From Gemmatimonadota bacterium (GTDB lineage: Bacteria > Latescibacterota > UBA2968 > UBA8231), in NCBI GenBank assembly GCA_038128265.1, contig JAYPJE010000016.1, positions 13,650-77,649 on the forward strand: DNA of 64,000 bases, read 5' to 3'. The notes under the pieces were generated by a model. It was not told the origin of the DNA and ran no database searches. It saw nothing but the letters and a program-made list of their open reading frames with translations. Shown one piece after another: positions 48,864 to 59,006 of the stretch. Both the position numbers and the translations under genes were made by a program. Position 1 is the stretch's first letter. Each line of letters opens with the position of its first letter.

Positions 48864-50903
48864 CTAATACATGTTGATCCGATTGCCCGTCATGCCAGTG
48901 AATCCATCGATGATCAACCACAACCCGCCGACGACAAACTGGCCAAGAATCAGTCCCATAAACAGCCAGCGCGTATGGCGGTACCCCACTGGTCCGGCAT
49001 ACTTTAGCACGACGCTCTTCATACACCAAGCCAAAAAGATGCTGAACCAGATGCTGTCCATAATCCACGTGCCGCTCACGACATAGCCTATGGGGTGCAG
49101 CGGCCACCAGACAAAGTGATGACGCAGCAGCATCAGCAGTGCCATAATCGCGGCCCCCAACCCATTCCAGCCCCACCCGGCCCAATTCGGCTCAACAGGC
49201 GTGTTGATGAACTGGGCCGCCAGCTTGAACGGCTCCTGCGCAAACCAGGAAAAATACTGCTGGTGCATATTCAGCGCTCCATACTGGTAACCCAACCGCA
49301 GCGTGATATAGATCGAGCCGAGCAGAGCGATCAGCAGCGCAGCCGCAAGCATAGCCAACACGCGCCGGCGGTTGCCTTTTACTTCGTGCAGCAAGCGGAT
49401 GCCGTTGGCGACCGGTGCCATGGCAAAGACCAGCAGGTCACCGGCCCACGTCAGGGTATAGCCGATGGCAACCAAACCGCTCGGTCCCAGCAGCGAGGAA
49501 CCAAAGCCCGAAACGACAAAGCCGCCGGCCGTCAGCCCTTCTACTGCCGACGACAGACCCGCTTCGACGATCACGCGGGTTAGAGCAAAGAAGATGGCAA
49601 AGGCGGCAAACAAAAAAATGGGCACGGCCCAGGCAGGCATGCCCGCCCTCCACAGCCACACGCCCATGATGGCGAGCCCCACGCCCAGGCCGATAACGGC
49701 CGCGCGGTAGCTGAGCAATTCGCCATCGTCCCTTTTTTGATCGGACGACCACGCCTGATCCCACACGGCGCGCAGGTGCGTTCGCGCCGTCCATAGCCCC
49801 ATCAGCAGCAGCACGACCATCGCCCCCAGCGTCTGGTGGCTCAGCATGCCGGTCGTAGCACCCATATGCCCGAAGCGACCCAACTGCTCCGCGCTGTAAA
49901 TTCCCAGCACTCCACAGATGGCCTGCTGCGCTTTGGCCAGCACGAAAAACACCCATAGGCTAAACGACACGCCGGTGTTTATCAGATAGGCCAATCCGAG
50001 CATCAAGTAGTTGAGTCGCACTCGTATAGCCGGCATATCGGGCACGACGTCAAACCTCAAGTTCAGCGTCGTGCTTGGAATAAAGGGGTAGTAATTGCTC
50101 AGCGAGTCGATCGTATTAAAGATGAGGGGAATGGCAAAGCCCACCCACAGCAGCGGTCTCTTGAGAAAGGGCTTTACGAGTTGATCATCCTTTCCATCGA
50201 TCATGGCCAGCGGCACCTGCACGAGCGGATAGAGCAAGCGTTCGTTGTCCATCCACTGGCGCCGCATAATCACCATAGCGCAGATAATTGTGCAGTACAA
50301 ACCCGCCATAAACAGCAGCCACCATCCCAGCGGCTGTAGCCACACATCCCAAGGCACGCGTGCTCCCTGCGACAGCCCTTCATAGAACGCTTTAATCGCC
50401 ACTTCGTCGCGCGGAGCAATCCAGTCGGGCAGGTAGGGCACGACAGTCTCGAGCCAGCCGTTTTCGGGGGTGGCGTAATACATTACGGCGGAAATGACGG
50501 CCAGCGCCACGCCGGTAAAGCCGCGCGTGGGAACGGCGGTAGCCAACATCATCATAACTGTGACGAGGAGCAGCTCAGGGCGGTTGAGAGCCCAACTGCG
50601 GCGCACACTGCCCAGCAGCGGCTGCACGACAACGACAAAGACGAAGAGAAGAAAAAAAGCGGCGGGCGTAGAGGAACTCAGGCCGAGGCGGGTGCCCTGG
50701 ATAATAAACTCGCCATAGGGAAGGCCAAGCGAAATGACCAAGCACAGCACCATACCCACCAACATGCCCCACGGTCGAATGCGCGGCGTAGGGTGCTGTA
50801 GAAGGCCAACGGATGTATCAGAGGAGCGTTCCCGGCTCAATGGCAAGTCCGAAGGTGGAGGGGTAGAGCATCTTCCTAAATGTAGACCTTCCCCTGTGCG
50901 CAA
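48864..50903 (-). CDS. Polytopic inner-membrane protein, DUF6785/DUF6784-like putative transporter
   Basis: Many TM helices; YYATPENGW, RRQW..NERL.YPL, WWPLHPIGY. Family name is from recall; start uncertain. Confidence 0.7.
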   Translation of the reverse strand: MRTGEGLHLGRCSTPPPSDLPLSRERSSDTSVGLLQHPTPRIRPWGMLVGMVLCLVISLGLPYGEFIIQGTRLGLSSSTPAAFFLLFVFVVVVQPLLGSVRRSWALNRPELLLVTVMMMLATAVPTRGFTGVALAVISAVMYYATPENGWLETVVPYLPDWIAPRDEVAIKAFYEGLSQGARVPWDVWLQPLGWWLLFMAGLYCTIICAMVIMRRQWMDNERLLYPLVQVPLAMIDGKDDQLVKPFLKRPLLWVGFAIPLIFNTIDSLSNYYPFIPSTTLNLRFDVVPDMPAIRVRLNYLMLGLAYLINTGVSFSLWVFFVLAKAQQAICGVLGIYSAEQLGRFGHMGATTGMLSHQTLGAMVVLLLMGLWTARTHLRAVWDQAWSSDQKRDDGELLSYRAAVIGLGVGLAIMGVWLWRAGMPAWAVPIFLFAAFAIFFALTRVIVEAGLSSAVEGLTAGGFVVSGFGSSLLGPSGLVAIGYTLTWAGDLLVFAMAPVANGIRLLHEVKGNRRRVLAMLAAALLIALLGSIYITLRLGYQYGALNMHQQYFSWFAQEPFKLAAQFINTPVEPNWAGWGWNGLGAAIMALLMLLRHHFVWWPLHPIGYVVSGTWIMDSIWFSIFLAWCMKSVVLKYAGPVGYRHTRWLFMGLILGQFVVGGLWLIIDGFTGMTGNRINMY

Positions 50904-50927
50904 ACAGGTTTAACAATTTACTAAATT

Positions 50928-50992
50928 GACATATCTACCCAAAATTCAGACATTTTTCACTATACAGACATTAACTATCTCGATTCAGACAT
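50928..50992. promoter_or_regulatory. Four GACAT direct repeats in the divergent araC/transporter promoter
   Basis: GACAT at 50928, 50949, 50967, 50988; ATTCAGACATTTTT occurs twice. Confidence 0.65.
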
Positions 50993-50996
50993 TTTT

Positions 50997-52019
50997 ATGC
51001 CAACGCTAGCGGAGCAATTGACAAAACAGTTGGGCTACTCTCCCCTGCTCGACTCCGTTTTACTCCATTTTGACAAGCAAATTCTACTAGCGACACCACA
51101 CGTCTTCGCACTGCCTCTAAATGACGTATTCTTCACATGTTATTACATCCACAGCGTGCGTCATCCATCGGACCATAAGTACTCTGACAACCAGCACGCC
51201 GATGCCATTGAAGTACACCACTGTATAGAGGGAAAATACGAAATCGAAACGGACGGGCAGCCGCCGCTCACCCTGTTGCCCGGCGACGGCGCACTCATCG
51301 TGCCCGGACTCGTGCATCGGTCGCACTGTATCGAGCGGGGGGTTCGACTGACGGCGAGGGCGGGAATCAACGGTCCGGACTCGGCGGCCTTCACGCGCGC
51401 GCTGAGCGCGCAGGCCAACGGCCAGTTATTGAAGTTTGACGGCCGTCCACAGGAAGGGACCATCACCGAGATGTTTCGCACACTGCTCGACGAGGCGCCC
51501 AATCCGTGGAGATACGAGATCGCCGGCAGCCTGATTCGCGTGTGGCTGGGCACCGTGCTGTCCGCTGAGCTCGACTTGAGCGAATACGCTCCCGAGTCGA
51601 CTTCAGCAGGCGTCGAAGCAGGCAAGCGAGGCAACGCCCTGTGCGAGCGCGCCAGCGCCTTCATATACGCCAACTTCCAGCGACCGCTCAGCATAGAGGA
51701 GATCGCCGACCACACCGGTATCACCCCGCGTCACCTCAATCGCCTGTTCAAGAAATACATCGGCATCAGCGCAGGCCATCTGCTGCGCGATGTGCGCCTA
51801 ACAGATGCGTTTCGCATCCTGAGCGAAACGCCCAAGCCCAGCGTAAAAGAAGTGGCCTATCGAACGGGCTTTTCCAGCCCCAGCTATTTCACGCAGTGCT
51901 TTAAACACCAGTATGGCATCCTACCAACCGAAGTTCACCTGCGCCTGGCCAAGCCACTTGAAGACGCGCAAAAGCTCATCGACGCATCGCCCGACAGCAG
52001 CGACCCTAGTTCACTTTAG
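50997..52019 (+). CDS. AraC-family transcriptional regulator
   Basis: Cupin-like N-domain; LSIEEIA..HLNRLFKK and SVKEVAYRTGFSSPSYFTQCFK double HTH. Confidence 0.95.
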   Translation: MPTLAEQLTKQLGYSPLLDSVLLHFDKQILLATPHVFALPLNDVFFTCYYIHSVRHPSDHKYSDNQHADAIEVHHCIEGKYEIETDGQPPLTLLPGDGALIVPGLVHRSHCIERGVRLTARAGINGPDSAAFTRALSAQANGQLLKFDGRPQEGTITEMFRTLLDEAPNPWRYEIAGSLIRVWLGTVLSAELDLSEYAPESTSAGVEAGKRGNALCERASAFIYANFQRPLSIEEIADHTGITPRHLNRLFKKYIGISAGHLLRDVRLTDAFRILSETPKPSVKEVAYRTGFSSPSYFTQCFKHQYGILPTEVHLRLAKPLEDAQKLIDASPDSSDPSSL

Positions 52020-53663
52020 CAGCTGCATCTTTTCTATGGCCACGCGGTCGCGCCAAACAAGCTCGGCAAAGTAGATTCCCGCTCCTACGGATACACCGCG
52101 CTCGTCGCGCCCGTTCCAAATGACTTCGTGATCACCGCCCTGCAACGCATTCTGCACGAGCGCGCGCACCCGCTGTCCCTGCGCATTGTAGATCGTCAGC
52201 GCAGCGCGATCGGCTGCCGGCAAACGATAGCGAATAACAGTCTCGGCATTAAACGGGTTGGGATAGTTGCCGACCAGTCCAAAATCTGCGGGCACACCCT
52301 CGCTATCTCGCACCGCCGTATCGGTGCGACGCGGCGGCAGCGCTATCTCCCACAGACGTCCGTTCGACGCGTACTCCAACACGTAAATTTTGTTGCCGCG
52401 CATAACCGCATCAACCGGACTGGTAAAGCCCTGCACCAGGCGCGTAACCCGCATGCTGTAGCGCTGCCCGTCGGCCTCTTTGCGCAGGTCGAGGTGTAAC
52501 AGATCTTCGCCGGGATCGCCGAAGGGGGCGTATTTGCGCAGGTCTGCGTCGTTCTGACTCAGGCAAAAGCCGTCACCTCGAAACTGTTCGTCTAGCGCCA
52601 TTTCGCCGTCAAAAACCAGCCCCAGCGGCGAACTGTGCGGCGTGAAAGAACGGATGGAAATGCCTTCATCGCTGGCATCTTTGATCAGCCCATCGACGGG
52701 ATCTCTAAACTTATCGGCGTCCGGCCCCACGTTGACGATCGGATCGGTAAAGACCACGCCATCCGGCGGCGGCGGAAAGTCGGGATCGTTGTAAAAAGTC
52801 CGCTCCATATTGATTCCCTCGACCAAGAGCGGGTCGGAATCGGGCGGATTGAAATCGGCAAAGCGCTGTGGGTTGTCGTAGGGTCCTATGCGCCAGGGAA
52901 AGCCGTAGTGATGGCCCTGGCGAATCCAGTTTAACTCCTCGGGGTTGTCGCGCGTATCGGAGTTCTCGGCGGCAAATAAGTCGCCGTTGGGAGCAAAAGC
53001 CAAGTCAAAGCTATTGCGCACACCGTCGGCGTATAGGAAAGGCCGTAGACCTTCTTCGTCGTCGGGCAGAATCAGGTTTTCCGCGTCAATCGGCACGCGA
53101 AAGATGGCCGAGGTGATCGGATATTCGCGACCGCTGTTTTGCTCTTCGCCGTGATCGGTGCGCGAACCGCTGTTGACGAAGAGGAAGCGGCCGTCGGGCG
53201 ATACTTCAATGGCGTTGAACTTGTGGTCGCGCCCCGTGCTCTCCGGATAGGGCGCGCTCTCGGCCACCGTCGTCCACACGCGCTGATCACCTACCGGCAC
53301 CCCCTTCCTAACGATGCCGATATTGTTGCCATCGCGCGTCGGGTTGCCGACCAGATAAAACGTGCCGTCGGGGCCAACGGCAAAGCCCGTAGCTACGCGA
53401 ATGCCGTGGTCGGGCCAGGCGTAGAGCCGCTCGCTCGTGCCCGCCAGCACGTCGACTGAGTATATGAGCCCGTTCACACCTAGGTAAAATATCTCGCCCG
53501 TTACGGGATGTTTGGCGATGCGAATAAAGTTCTCCCCCACTGCCATCACCTGCCGCACTTCGATGCCAGGCTGCACTACCTGTGGAACGGACTGCGCCTG
53601 CGCACTGTGCGCCCACGACATGCCCCACAAACCGAGCAGAGCCCACCGCAGAAATCCCTTCAT
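52011..53663 (-). CDS. Secreted PQQ-dependent glucose/sorbosone dehydrogenase-like beta-propeller with FlgD/T9SS-A-like CTD
   Basis: GVRNSFDLAF, EELNWI..G.HYGFP, HSSPLG; NYPNPFN..IYN..GQ.VR.L..W.G..KMQLLK. Confidence 0.8.
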   Translation of the reverse strand: MKGFLRWALLGLWGMSWAHSAQAQSVPQVVQPGIEVRQVMAVGENFIRIAKHPVTGEIFYLGVNGLIYSVDVLAGTSERLYAWPDHGIRVATGFAVGPDGTFYLVGNPTRDGNNIGIVRKGVPVGDQRVWTTVAESAPYPESTGRDHKFNAIEVSPDGRFLFVNSGSRTDHGEEQNSGREYPITSAIFRVPIDAENLILPDDEEGLRPFLYADGVRNSFDLAFAPNGDLFAAENSDTRDNPEELNWIRQGHHYGFPWRIGPYDNPQRFADFNPPDSDPLLVEGINMERTFYNDPDFPPPPDGVVFTDPIVNVGPDADKFRDPVDGLIKDASDEGISIRSFTPHSSPLGLVFDGEMALDEQFRGDGFCLSQNDADLRKYAPFGDPGEDLLHLDLRKEADGQRYSMRVTRLVQGFTSPVDAVMRGNKIYVLEYASNGRLWEIALPPRRTDTAVRDSEGVPADFGLVGNYPNPFNAETVIRYRLPAADRAALTIYNAQGQRVRALVQNALQGGDHEVIWNGRDERGVSVGAGIYFAELVWRDRVAIEKMQLLK

Positions 53664-53673
53664 CGTTCGCTCC

Positions 53674-55620
53674 TCATTTTATTAAAATCATCTTGCGCGT
53701 GCGGACGTATTCCGCCGCCTGTAATTGATAAAAATAAACGCCGGTGGCGCGCTCGATCGCATGCCAGGCGACTTCGTGCACGCCGGCCGGCAAAAGCTGG
53801 TCCTCCATAACAGCGGCTAGGCGACGCCCCAGCACATCAAATACTTCCAGCGTTACGCGCTGAGCTGCAGGCAAGACAAAGCGAATCTGCGTGCGCGCGT
53901 TAAACGGGTTGGGATAATTGTCCAACGCGATGTGTAGCGGCTTCCCACCGCGCTCTTCGACGGCCGTCGGCGCTCGATCAACCAGTAGAGCCGGCACATC
54001 CGCAGCCGCTTCGAGCGCGTGCAGGTAGGCATAGGGCACGTCCAGCGCGCACGGAGGCGAATCGACATACTGACTGTCGCCAAAGTAATTACCCAACAGC
54101 TGCACGCCGCCCAGCACGGGCGTAAAATCCATCACCACCGCCTTGCGCACGCCCTCGAAGTAGTTGTTTTCCACTCGCACGCAGGCGCCCATGCGCGCGT
54201 TGATCGCCGTATCGCTGTTCAGGTAGTAATTGTTGAAAAGGTGCGCCTTGCCAAAGCGAATACTCGGCAGGCGCGAATTGCAGTTGCTAAAGACGTTGTG
54301 GTGATAGGTCACGCGAATGACCGAGTCGGCTACCGCCTGATCACCCGAACTAATCAAGCTAGTCTTGAAGTGATCGTGGAAATGCGTTCGCGAAATCGTT
54401 ATAAACGATGATTCGTTTTTAATATCGAGCAGTCCGTCATAAAAATCTTTGCCGTGCTCACGGTCGGAGTACAGCTCGCAGCCATCGATCCAAATATTCT
54501 GCGAGCGATTGTTGATTTCAATGGCGTCCTGCGGCGTGACATGCGATATCTGCACGTTGCGCACGATGACGTTGCGCGCCGCATTGATCTGCAGTCCGAT
54601 GCCTTCCAAGTGGGCCTGTGGGCCTAAACCGAGCAGCGTTTTATGCGAAGCAATATCGATTTCCGTCGCGGCCGAAAACCGCCCAGAAAAGGTCACCACC
54701 TGCGGCCGATCATCCCGCAGGTACGCGCGGAGTTCTTCGATGCTGTGGGCCTCAACCGTATCACCCAGCGCCCCTCCCGTAACTAAGTACGGCGTGCCGA
54801 GGTCATCCTGCACAGACGCATAGCCAACTAGGCGCGGGTCGGCACGCGTGCCCTCTGGCAGGAAAATAGCCTCCGCCACCGTGCTCTTTGCCATGGCAAA
54901 GGTGTGCACGGCCTCGGCACCTGGCGCATCGCCCGACCAACTCTGAAAGAAATAGCCAGGCTGCGGCTGGGCGCGCACCGTTACCAGCGTGCCCTCGTCG
55001 TAGTAGTCTAAAACGGGCTCGTAGGACACCGTGCCACCGCGCCCGTCATTGGCCCCCACGGAAAGCACATAGGTTGGCACGCAGGCAACCGGTTCAACGC
55101 CAGTGCCAACTATTTTCAAATAGTCGATATTGACCAAGCCTGACGGTTCGAGCGCTTCAAGCCGGATGGAGTTGTAGCCGCTGGCCAACTCCACCCAGAG
55201 CGTGTCGTGTTCGCGCCAGTTCGTCCACTTGCCCGTGTGGGGAAAGAGCACGCTGTCGCGCGCGGTGGTGCCGTTGATCACTAGGCGTGCGGCGCGTTGG
55301 CTAATGTTTCCTCCGTTTCCATAGCGCCAGACCAGCGCGCTCGGTCCCGACTGAACCGCCTGCACGCTCCAACTGACGCTGTATCCCAAACCAATGTCGG
55401 TATCGGCATACCCACTACCCGTATAGCCTTCTACGCTGGTCATAATCGAGCCATCGACCGCGCAAAAGCCGGCCGTATTCTCCTCGATAACGATTTCTTC
55501 TGCCCTCGCTGGACCTGCGACCACCCCCCCGAAATACACGCACGCCAAGCGCATCAACAGCCGCAATGCCCAACGGCTGTTACCTTGCAAACTCTCAATC
55601 CACCTAATAGTATTTTTCAC
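53674..55620 (-). CDS. Pectate lyase PL1 with N-terminal CBM35-like module and T9SS-A-like CTD
   Basis: GYTGSGYAD/RYGNG CBM; NVIVRN, IWIDG, DGLLDI, VTYHHN, RLPSIRFG; NYPNPFN..KMILIK. Confidence 0.9.
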   Translation of the reverse strand: MKNTIRWIESLQGNSRWALRLLMRLACVYFGGVVAGPARAEEIVIEENTAGFCAVDGSIMTSVEGYTGSGYADTDIGLGYSVSWSVQAVQSGPSALVWRYGNGGNISQRAARLVINGTTARDSVLFPHTGKWTNWREHDTLWVELASGYNSIRLEALEPSGLVNIDYLKIVGTGVEPVACVPTYVLSVGANDGRGGTVSYEPVLDYYDEGTLVTVRAQPQPGYFFQSWSGDAPGAEAVHTFAMAKSTVAEAIFLPEGTRADPRLVGYASVQDDLGTPYLVTGGALGDTVEAHSIEELRAYLRDDRPQVVTFSGRFSAATEIDIASHKTLLGLGPQAHLEGIGLQINAARNVIVRNVQISHVTPQDAIEINNRSQNIWIDGCELYSDREHGKDFYDGLLDIKNESSFITISRTHFHDHFKTSLISSGDQAVADSVIRVTYHHNVFSNCNSRLPSIRFGKAHLFNNYYLNSDTAINARMGACVRVENNYFEGVRKAVVMDFTPVLGGVQLLGNYFGDSQYVDSPPCALDVPYAYLHALEAAADVPALLVDRAPTAVEERGGKPLHIALDNYPNPFNARTQIRFVLPAAQRVTLEVFDVLGRRLAAVMEDQLLPAGVHEVAWHAIERATGVYFYQLQAAEYVRTRKMILIK

Positions 55621-55733
55621 ATGGTTTCCGAACTAAAGCGTCCGCTTTTCCCTTGGCGTAGCGCGCGTGCCAATCCAGGGGATCGCATTTCAAACATTCT
55701 GGGCATACCTGATCATCGTCAAGGAAAATTAGC

Positions 55734-56840
55734 GTGTATTCCGTAGTCGCGTATCTATCCTGCTTTTTTCTGCTCATCCTGTGTCGCGGTGCGCATGCCA
55801 CTCAGCATGCAGATGCCCCCCTCGCATGGAGCGACGCCCTGCGCCAACCCCGCGCGTGGTATGCAAGCGGCGAAGCTGCGCGCATCGCCGACAACGTGCT
55901 GCTCTACCAATACCCCAACGGCGGCTGGCCGAAAAACATCGATTTAACCCGCATCATCGACCCAGTCGAGCGGACGCGCATCCGCCGGGCAATGGATGCC
56001 GAAGATCCGCGGCGCTTTCCAACGACGATTGATAACGGCGCCACGCACCAGCCAGCGCGCTACCTCGCCCGCGTCTATGCGCACACGCACTCCGAACGGC
56101 TAAAGCGCAGTTTTTTTCGCGCATTGGATTACCTGCTGGAGGCACAGTACGAAACCGGCGGCTGGCCGCAGTTTTATCCGCTGCGCTCCGGCTACTATGA
56201 TCACATCACCTTTAACGACGGCGCAATGATTGGCGTCATGCGCCTGCTGCGCGACGTGGCGCGAGGGCAAGCACCCTATGATTTTGTCGATTCGACGCGA
56301 CGCGCAGACGCACAGCGCGCCGTCGATCGAGGCGTAGAGGTCATCCTGGCGGCACAGGTCCGCGTCGACAGTGCACTCACGGTCTGGTGCGCTCAACACG
56401 ACCGCCACGACCTGCGCCCGCGCCAGGCACGCGCCTACGAATACCCATCGCTGAGCGGAGGGGAAAGCGTCGAGATAACGCGCTATTTGATGGAAATAGA
56501 GAGGCCTACACCACGCGTGCGGGATGCAATTGAGGGCGCCGTTGCGTGGTTTGCACAGTCTAAAATCAAGGGCATCGCCGTTGTCGAACAGCCAGATTCA
56601 TCGCTATCGGCCGGATTTGACGTCTTTGTCGTTGAAGACCCATCGGCACCGCCTCTGTGGGCGCGCTTTTACGATCTCGACACGCAGCGGCCCATCTTTG
56701 CCGACCGCGATGGCACCCTGCACGCCGAGTTCGCCGCTATGGAATACGAGCGCCGCGTTGGCTATCGCTGGTTGGGCACCTGGCCCCAGCGCCTGTTGGA
56801 CCATGACTATCCGCAGTGGCGCGCGCGGTGGGACCCGTAA
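55734..56840 (+). CDS. Pectate lyase family PL10 (PelA-like)
   Basis: Signal peptide, GGWPKN, TIDNGAT, GGWPQFYP, ITFND, WCAQHD, ARAYE, WARFY. Confidence 0.93.
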   Translation: MYSVVAYLSCFFLLILCRGAHATQHADAPLAWSDALRQPRAWYASGEAARIADNVLLYQYPNGGWPKNIDLTRIIDPVERTRIRRAMDAEDPRRFPTTIDNGATHQPARYLARVYAHTHSERLKRSFFRALDYLLEAQYETGGWPQFYPLRSGYYDHITFNDGAMIGVMRLLRDVARGQAPYDFVDSTRRADAQRAVDRGVEVILAAQVRVDSALTVWCAQHDRHDLRPRQARAYEYPSLSGGESVEITRYLMEIERPTPRVRDAIEGAVAWFAQSKIKGIAVVEQPDSSLSAGFDVFVVEDPSAPPLWARFYDLDTQRPIFADRDGTLHAEFAAMEYERRVGYRWLGTWPQRLLDHDYPQWRARWDP

Positions 56841-56846
56841 AGCGCG

Positions 56847-58859
56847 TCAGTACACCCGAATGCGATGTCCAACAACGCCCGTTAGGCCGTCGATGAGCAG
56901 CCATATACCACCGCAGACGATTTGGCCTAGCGCCAGCCCCATAAAAAAATACTTGCTCTTCTCATAGCTTTTGATCCCACCCAGACGCAAGATCGCCAAT
57001 TTGAGCATCCAAGCTACAAACACCGAAAACCAAATGGTATCCATCACCCACCCCATGCTGGTGACGAACCCCAGCGGGTGAAAGGGCCAGCTGTAAAATC
57101 GCTGGCGCGCATACATCAACGCCGTCATCAGCGCAGCGCCAAAACCCATCCACAGCCACCCATCCGCGCTAGCCGCCGTCTGATCGGCCAGCTGGCGCAT
57201 GGCAAACTTGGCCGGTTCGACGGCGAAGTTGCCAAAATACTGCGCGTGCAGGTTCACCGCCCCGTAGCGATAGGCCAAATACAGCGTAAACCACACGGAG
57301 ACGATCAGGCTGATTGCCATTGCCATACCGATAGCACCTAATAGGCGACGCGGCTTCTGCATGCCCTCCGTGCTCAGCCGCAAAATATTCGCCAGCGGCG
57401 CAGCCATAAAGACCAGCATATCCCCGATCCACACTAGCGTATAGCTGGTGGCGACCAGGCCGGGCGCCCCCAGAGCCGGCATGCCGATGCACGAAACCGT
57501 CAGGGCGGCAGGCACCATGCCGGGCGTAACCGTGGGCAGCCCCGCCTCGGCGACCACGCGGGCCAGACCGATAAAAATCACCATGCTGCTGACCAGCACA
57601 AAGGGCACGACCCAAGCGGGCATGCCGGAGAGCCACAGCCATGCGCCCATCAGACTCAGCCCGCCCACAGCTCCGAGCACCGCCGTGCGATAAGACATAA
57701 CCTCATCTACATCACTTGCCGTGCCCCGACCCCAAGCGCGCAGCAGGACGTCGCGAATGTGACTGCGTCCGGCCCACAGCCCATACCCGACCAGCACTAG
57801 GAGGGCTCCCATCATCTGGTGTCCCATACCCGGCTCGCTCCACTGCCCTAATGTGCGCTCCGGGCTGCTCATACCCATTAGCGTTAAGGCGCGTTCCTGC
57901 AGCACGTGCACCAAGTAGAAAAACCAAACGCTCAGCGATATCTTCGCATTGATGAGGTAGGTGAAGCCGAGAATGAGAAAGTTTATCCACAGCCGCAGTG
58001 AGACGGTCTCGTCGAAAATAGGCCAGCGCCAGCGCAGCATAACCGTCGGAAAAGCCGGGTCGTAGTGGTGCAGTGCATTGAGCGAATTAAAGAAGAAGGG
58101 GATGGCGAGCCCTACCCACATGAAGGGATTGCGAAAAAAGGGTTTGAGCAGCTGCGCGGCGCGATTGGACTCCATCATCGCCAGGGGAATCTGTGCCAGG
58201 GGGTAGGCCAGGCGTTCGTTTTCACTCCACTGACGCCGCAAAATGGTCAACAGCGAGATAAGCGTCAGATACAGAGCCGCGTAAAAAACCAGCCAGTGCG
58301 TCAGTGGCCCAGCCCACACATCCCAAGGGATCTGCGCATTTACACCACTGCCCTCGTAAAATGCAGCGATGGCCTGTTCATCTTTGACGAGCAAATGCTC
58401 AGGTTCAAACGGCCGCAGCGCTTCATCCCAGCCGTTTTCGGGCGTAGCGTAATAGGCCGACCCCGTGATCATCGGCAGCAGCAAACCCGTGACGCCGCGC
58501 GTGGGAATGGCCGTGGCCACAGCCATCATCGAGAAGATGGTTAGCAGCTCTCCCCACGTGAAAGCCCACCCTCTCTTGACCTTGCCCAACAGCACGTGCA
58601 GCGTAATCAACAGCATAAAGAAGAGAAAGAACGCAGCCGGAACCGATGAACTCAGACCGAGCCGCGTGCCCTGAATCACCATGCCGCCGTAGGGCACGCC
58701 GACGGCAATGATCGCACATAGAACGGCACCGACACCGATACCGCGCCAGGTGATCGTGCCGTCGCCGCGCACGTTCTCTCTGGCGCTGTCGCGCTCGTTG
58801 AGATACTGCCTGAAATAGGCTGGAATGGCCTTCCGCACGTGCTGCGCTCCCCGCACCAA
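56847..58859 (-). CDS. DUF6785/DUF6784-like polytopic membrane protein (paralog of 48864-50903)
   Basis: IQGTRLGLSSS.PAAFFL, YYATPENGW, RRQW..NERL.YPL, WPFHPLGF. Confidence 0.7.
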   Translation of the reverse strand: MVRGAQHVRKAIPAYFRQYLNERDSARENVRGDGTITWRGIGVGAVLCAIIAVGVPYGGMVIQGTRLGLSSSVPAAFFLFFMLLITLHVLLGKVKRGWAFTWGELLTIFSMMAVATAIPTRGVTGLLLPMITGSAYYATPENGWDEALRPFEPEHLLVKDEQAIAAFYEGSGVNAQIPWDVWAGPLTHWLVFYAALYLTLISLLTILRRQWSENERLAYPLAQIPLAMMESNRAAQLLKPFFRNPFMWVGLAIPFFFNSLNALHHYDPAFPTVMLRWRWPIFDETVSLRLWINFLILGFTYLINAKISLSVWFFYLVHVLQERALTLMGMSSPERTLGQWSEPGMGHQMMGALLVLVGYGLWAGRSHIRDVLLRAWGRGTASDVDEVMSYRTAVLGAVGGLSLMGAWLWLSGMPAWVVPFVLVSSMVIFIGLARVVAEAGLPTVTPGMVPAALTVSCIGMPALGAPGLVATSYTLVWIGDMLVFMAAPLANILRLSTEGMQKPRRLLGAIGMAMAISLIVSVWFTLYLAYRYGAVNLHAQYFGNFAVEPAKFAMRQLADQTAASADGWLWMGFGAALMTALMYARQRFYSWPFHPLGFVTSMGWVMDTIWFSVFVAWMLKLAILRLGGIKSYEKSKYFFMGLALGQIVCGGIWLLIDGLTGVVGHRIRVY

Positions 58860-59006
58860 CGCTGTTGCGGTTGGTACATTGCAGAGGGGCTTCTTCAGCG
58901 ATGGGATATCGCTGTCAGAATATCTAACGCTCTAAGAACTGCTGCAACGCAGATAGATGCAAGCGATCGGGTTTGGACGGCCGTTACTCGCCTGTGCCAG
59001 ACCGCC

